Virus record (IMG/VR): IMGVR_UViG_3300028829_005098
Location: 51,416 to 115,415 of that record
Reading direction: 5' to 3' (one strand)
DNA length: 64,000 nt
DNA from: a virus
The translations under genes and the position numbers were made by a program. The notes below the pieces were generated by a model. That model was not told the DNA's origin, did not search any database, and saw nothing but the letters and a program-made list of their open reading frames with translations. Positions 60,359 to 64,000 of the stretch are shown here, piece by piece. Position 1 is the stretch's first letter, and each line of letters opens with the position of its first letter.

Positions 60359-61948
60359 ATGAAAAAGTATTTCTACGAAAAAAACAATCTTACCAAGTGT
60401 GAACATAATATTACATTTCACGAACTTTTACAAAAAAATGGAAAAGAACTAGAAACTTGGATTGATGGTTTGCGAAATTATATCGTAACTACTTGGGATG
60501 ACCTTGGTCTACCACCGAGAACTGGTAAAAACGAAAAAGATATAATAGCAAACTTTAATAAACTAGCAGGATACAATACATACAAATTTCTTCAGACCGA
60601 TGAAATGGATGGAACAAAAACTATCATCAAAAATTTTAATAAGTTTGCAACCGTGGTAGATCAGTTTTTTCCTACAATGCTAAAAACTAAAATAGGTTCA
60701 AGCAAACATACATCGTGGAGTGTTTATGATTGTTTTGCAAATCCACTCAAACGAGAAAGTTTTCATACTTGCATGAGAAGAACTGTTCGTAGAGACTCTT
60801 TTTATGCTCATGGAAAAACAATTTGTAAAAATGATTCAGAAGTACCATTTCAAGCAATTAATGGTGAAGCATGGGTTCGTGAATTTTCTGCTAATAAAAA
60901 ATTATACCCTAACAACGACTTTTGGATTATTGAACTATTCACCGAAAAAAAGTTTGATGCATACGAAGCAGATCACTTAATGCTTAATGCAGAACAAATT
61001 AAAAGATTATACAAAGATGGATGTTTAGAAATCCACAACATCAGAAATCTAGAAAGAACTGCAAACTTCGGTGATGATATAGAAAATATAAATGATGTAG
61101 TTATAGAAGATGAAAAAGAAGTGCAGTTTAAATTCAGCATTCGTTACTATAACAAGAACTCAAGAATCTTTCCATCCGCAATGGAAGCATTTAAGTTGGG
61201 TTTAAGTCAACCCGCAGTAAACTTTCCCCCGTTGACTGCAAAATATATATACCAAAAATACACAGACCACATTCAAGATAAAAGTAATCTTCATATATAT
61301 GATCCAAGTGCAGGATGGGGTGGTCGTATTCTAGGTGCTATGTCAGTACACGACCGTCAAATTCATTATATAGGAACTGATCCAAATACAGACAATTATA
61401 TAGATGAACTAAATCAAAGTCGTTACGAATATCTTGCGGACTTCTTTAATGATAAAACAAACGGAGGAAATCCATTCTTTGGTCATCGTAACACATATGA
61501 TGTTTACCAAAATGGAAGTGAAGAAATTCACAACAATCCAAGTTTCCAAAAATACAAAGGTAAACTTGATTTGGTTTTTACAAGTCCACCTTATTTTAAT
61601 CGTGAACAATATTCAGCAGATGAATCTCAGAGTTTCAAAAAGTTTCCTGAGTATGAGGATTGGAGAGACAACTTTCTTCGGCCTACTTTAAAGACGGCTG
61701 CCGAGTATTTAAAGAACGATAGATACTTACTTTGGAATATAGCAGACATCGCAGACGGAGATGGATTTATGCCATTAGAAAAAGATAGTCGTGATATTCT
61801 TGCGGAATACGGACTTGAGTATGTTGAAACTCTTAAAATGCTTATGACAACAATGCGTGGAGTTAAAGCAGAAACGGTTAAGAATTGTTGCAAGATAAAC
61901 GGAGAGTTACAAAAGTACGAACCTATCTTTGTGTTTTACAAGAAGTGA
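60359..61948 (+). CDS. DNA amino-methyltransferase (N4-C/N6-A)
   Basis: Motif I YDPSAGWGGR, GTDPN, motif IV FTSPPYF. Confidence 0.85.
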   Translation: MKKYFYEKNNLTKCEHNITFHELLQKNGKELETWIDGLRNYIVTTWDDLGLPPRTGKNEKDIIANFNKLAGYNTYKFLQTDEMDGTKTIIKNFNKFATVVDQFFPTMLKTKIGSSKHTSWSVYDCFANPLKRESFHTCMRRTVRRDSFYAHGKTICKNDSEVPFQAINGEAWVREFSANKKLYPNNDFWIIELFTEKKFDAYEADHLMLNAEQIKRLYKDGCLEIHNIRNLERTANFGDDIENINDVVIEDEKEVQFKFSIRYYNKNSRIFPSAMEAFKLGLSQPAVNFPPLTAKYIYQKYTDHIQDKSNLHIYDPSAGWGGRILGAMSVHDRQIHYIGTDPNTDNYIDELNQSRYEYLADFFNDKTNGGNPFFGHRNTYDVYQNGSEEIHNNPSFQKYKGKLDLVFTSPPYFNREQYSADESQSFKKFPEYEDWRDNFLRPTLKTAAEYLKNDRYLLWNIADIADGDGFMPLEKDSRDILAEYGLEYVETLKMLMTTMRGVKAETVKNCCKINGELQKYEPIFVFYKK

Positions 61949-63691
61949 TTAAATATCACTTGAAAAATCTACTCTGTCTACATCAACTCCGAAAAATTTC
62001 ATAAGTAGTCTAATTGCCGTTTTACCTTGTGCTACTATAAAGTCAAACGCAGAGGATATAGCATCCGACACCCATTTCCATGCTTTTTTCAAAACTTCCA
62101 TAGTTGAGTCTTTAAGTTTCTTAAATCCACCTTTTACTTTATCGACACCCTTTTTTAATAAATCAGCCGCATCACTAAAAAAACCTTCACACATCAATAA
62201 CCTAAGAGAGTTAAACAATTCCATTTCATTTAGATTTTGGAAATTTTCATTTAATACTTTATTTCCACCATCCACTTTATTAAATGCTTCTTTCATGATT
62301 GTAGAAAACGTTGGTATATATGTTACTCTATCCTTTTCCTCGGCAAGTCGGCTCACGGCAGACTCGGCTGCTTTCTTTGCAGTATCAGCTGCTTTCATAA
62401 TATTACCACGCAGAGCAATATATGGAGTTGATCCAGAACCTGTTTTAAAAGAAGCATAAAAGTGACACTTTGATGTTAAATCACTTAATCCTGCTTCGAT
62501 ATCAAAATACTTAGTAACTTTACCAGAGGGAGGATCAAATTCTATAATCGTATCAGCACGTGAATCAGATGTAGTACCAAATTTAACGTCACCCGAAGCA
62601 GCCTCAAACACAAATGCTTCTTTTAATTTAGGATTTCTACTAAATTCTTGATTCAGATTCAAAGTAATTACATTTCCTGCTTGTGTTGCATCTTCAACAT
62701 CTTTTATTTGGTTTTGCATTGCTTCAAGTTCTTTTAAAGCCTGTGGTGATTCATCGTCTTTTAGTTTTTTTACTTTATCTTTGAATGTATCAATCGTTCC
62801 TTTATATCCTGATTTGCTTGTATCAAGCACCCCTGTTTTCAAAGTATTAAAAACTTTTTTTAGTTCTGAACTTTCATTTTCTCCAAATTTTTGGAAAGCA
62901 ACCTCAAGTGTAGCAAATGCTTCAATTCTTTTGGCACTCATGATTTGAGAACCACCCTTCTTTTTTAATGAAATTCGTTTACCACCACCCATAACATCTG
63001 TTTTGGGGGTTTTGCTAGGTTTATCTTTTTTACCTGCATCTGTGAATATTTTTGACCACTCGGAGCTCACAGAAGCACCACCCTTACCTCCACCAATTTG
63101 TTGCAAGTTTTTGATATTGTGGGCAGAAAATGCGTCTGCAAGTTTGGTTGCCTGATCCCTAAGACCAGCTGAACCCCAAAATCCTTTATCATTAATACGT
63201 TTCCATTCATCTGCATATTCACCTTTTGATAAATCTGCATTTTTGTTTTTCTTAAACGCAAGAGCAACGGCAATCATTGCTTCCCAATCTTCACCAGACG
63301 GTTTCTTTGCACCCTTTACGGTTGACAGATCATTATATGCCTTTCCTATGTATGCAGGAACCACACCGAACAATTGATTTATCTTTCCTTTTTTATTGCC
63401 CCAATCAACAAGATCATCTTTGTTGTTTGCTTTTAAAAGTTCTGCTTTCATTTGTTTCCACAACTTTCTATCTTTGATCTTTAATTTGTTGTTTTTGTTA
63501 TCTCTAAGATCATTTGAATCTACTTTTGAAATAAACATTTTCTTATTGTCTCTATGAGAGTCAACGGTAAATAGAGTTGCCAAACCACCAAGACCACCAT
63601 TTTTATCAGATGCTTCATTCAGTAACTCATTAAAATCTGTTGGAATCTCAACTAAAGATGAATTTTTTATATAATGTTCAACGATGTCCAC
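61949..63691 (-). CDS. putative PD-(D/E)XK-like nuclease, possible head-packaged protein
   Basis: EDWEAMI...TPKTDV..RISLKK..SQ; LLNEA, VLNEN and LNEM motifs; GTG start 4 nt after ATATTTAT (63696-63703). Confidence 0.5.
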   Translation of the reverse strand: MDIVEHYIKNSSLVEIPTDFNELLNEASDKNGGLGGLATLFTVDSHRDNKKMFISKVDSNDLRDNKNNKLKIKDRKLWKQMKAELLKANNKDDLVDWGNKKGKINQLFGVVPAYIGKAYNDLSTVKGAKKPSGEDWEAMIAVALAFKKNKNADLSKGEYADEWKRINDKGFWGSAGLRDQATKLADAFSAHNIKNLQQIGGGKGGASVSSEWSKIFTDAGKKDKPSKTPKTDVMGGGKRISLKKKGGSQIMSAKRIEAFATLEVAFQKFGENESSELKKVFNTLKTGVLDTSKSGYKGTIDTFKDKVKKLKDDESPQALKELEAMQNQIKDVEDATQAGNVITLNLNQEFSRNPKLKEAFVFEAASGDVKFGTTSDSRADTIIEFDPPSGKVTKYFDIEAGLSDLTSKCHFYASFKTGSGSTPYIALRGNIMKAADTAKKAAESAVSRLAEEKDRVTYIPTFSTIMKEAFNKVDGGNKVLNENFQNLNEMELFNSLRLLMCEGFFSDAADLLKKGVDKVKGGFKKLKDSTMEVLKKAWKWVSDAISSAFDFIVAQGKTAIRLLMKFFGVDVDRVDFSSDI

Positions 63692-63717
63692 GACAATAAA
63701 TATATATCAAAATAGAT

Positions 63718-64000
63718 TTATTGTATTCTTCGTGGATAATCAGTAAATACTCCGTTTACTCCAATCTCTCGTAAAAACCTAATTGCTTTTAATTCATTTA
63801 CAGTAAAAACAAATACTTTTATATTATTTTCATTGCAATACGAAACTATATTCGGAGAAACATCTTCAATGCTAATGTTGATTGAATATAAATTCATATC
63901 AAAATATTCCGACTTAAATTCTTTTAAAGTTTTCATATCAAGTTGGTCATCATCAAAAAGTTGACTCAACTTTATATCAAAGTGATTGTTTCGTATTGTT
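63718..64000 (-). CDS. glycerophosphodiester phosphodiesterase (GDPD), C-terminal part; 5' end lies outside the window
   Basis: VFVFTVN...GVNGVFTDYP; frame open to the window end. Confidence 0.8.
   Translation of the reverse strand, partial: TIRNNHFDIKLSQLFDDDQLDMKTLKEFKSEYFDMNLYSINISIEDVSPNIVSYCNENNIKVFVFTVNELKAIRFLREIGVNGVFTDYPRRIQ

Noticed and set aside
1-64000. Bacterial chromosome/LPS locus or eukaryotic giant virus origin; tRNA/rRNA genes
   Set aside because: gp6/gp25/gp5-like baseplate genes, a gp55-like sigma, SD sequences and sigma70 promoters indicate a tailed phage. Intergenic gaps are short and I saw no cloverleaf, though tRNAscan was not run.

Overview
AT-rich, densely coding 64 kb fragment of a large contractile-tailed (T4-like/jumbo-type) bacteriophage genome, standard genetic code. 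I saw no rRNA, tRNA, CRISPR array or IS element. Positions 1-47.9 kb are minus strand and hold: putative head-packaged enzymes (HIGH nucleotidyltransferase/ligase-like fusion, P-loop kinase); a replication/recombination block (SbcCD/Mre11-Rad50, primase, RuvC-like resolvase); a baseplate/tail module (FG-GAP/dockerin protein, LamG and PT-repeat proteins, 3386-aa giant, gp6-, gp25- and gp5-like proteins); a gp55-like late sigma factor; Hsp20; an HD hydrolase; fibre-like proteins; and PhoH. Positions 47.9-61.9 kb are plus strand and hold a glycosylation/nucleotide-sugar/sulfation island ending in a DNA methyltransferase, which abuts a convergent PD-(D/E)XK-like protein. A truncated GDPD gene closes the window. 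Most notable observations: (1) the Mre11/SbcD nuclease domain is fractured by a translationally coupled GT9-like glycosyltransferase, with no intein or homing endonuclease, and its C-half is fused to Rad50; (2) an A10 slippery site links a membrane protein to a start-less Pro/Thr-repeat extension; (3) PT-rich virion proteins co-occur with about 7 glycosyltransferases, a candidate virion glycosylation system; (4) a recurrent ATATTTAT putative late-promoter motif; (5) twin structurally identical hairpins in the hsp20 leader; (6) a possible virion-packaged nuclease/methyltransferase pair. All functional calls come from motif recognition by eye; no searches were run.
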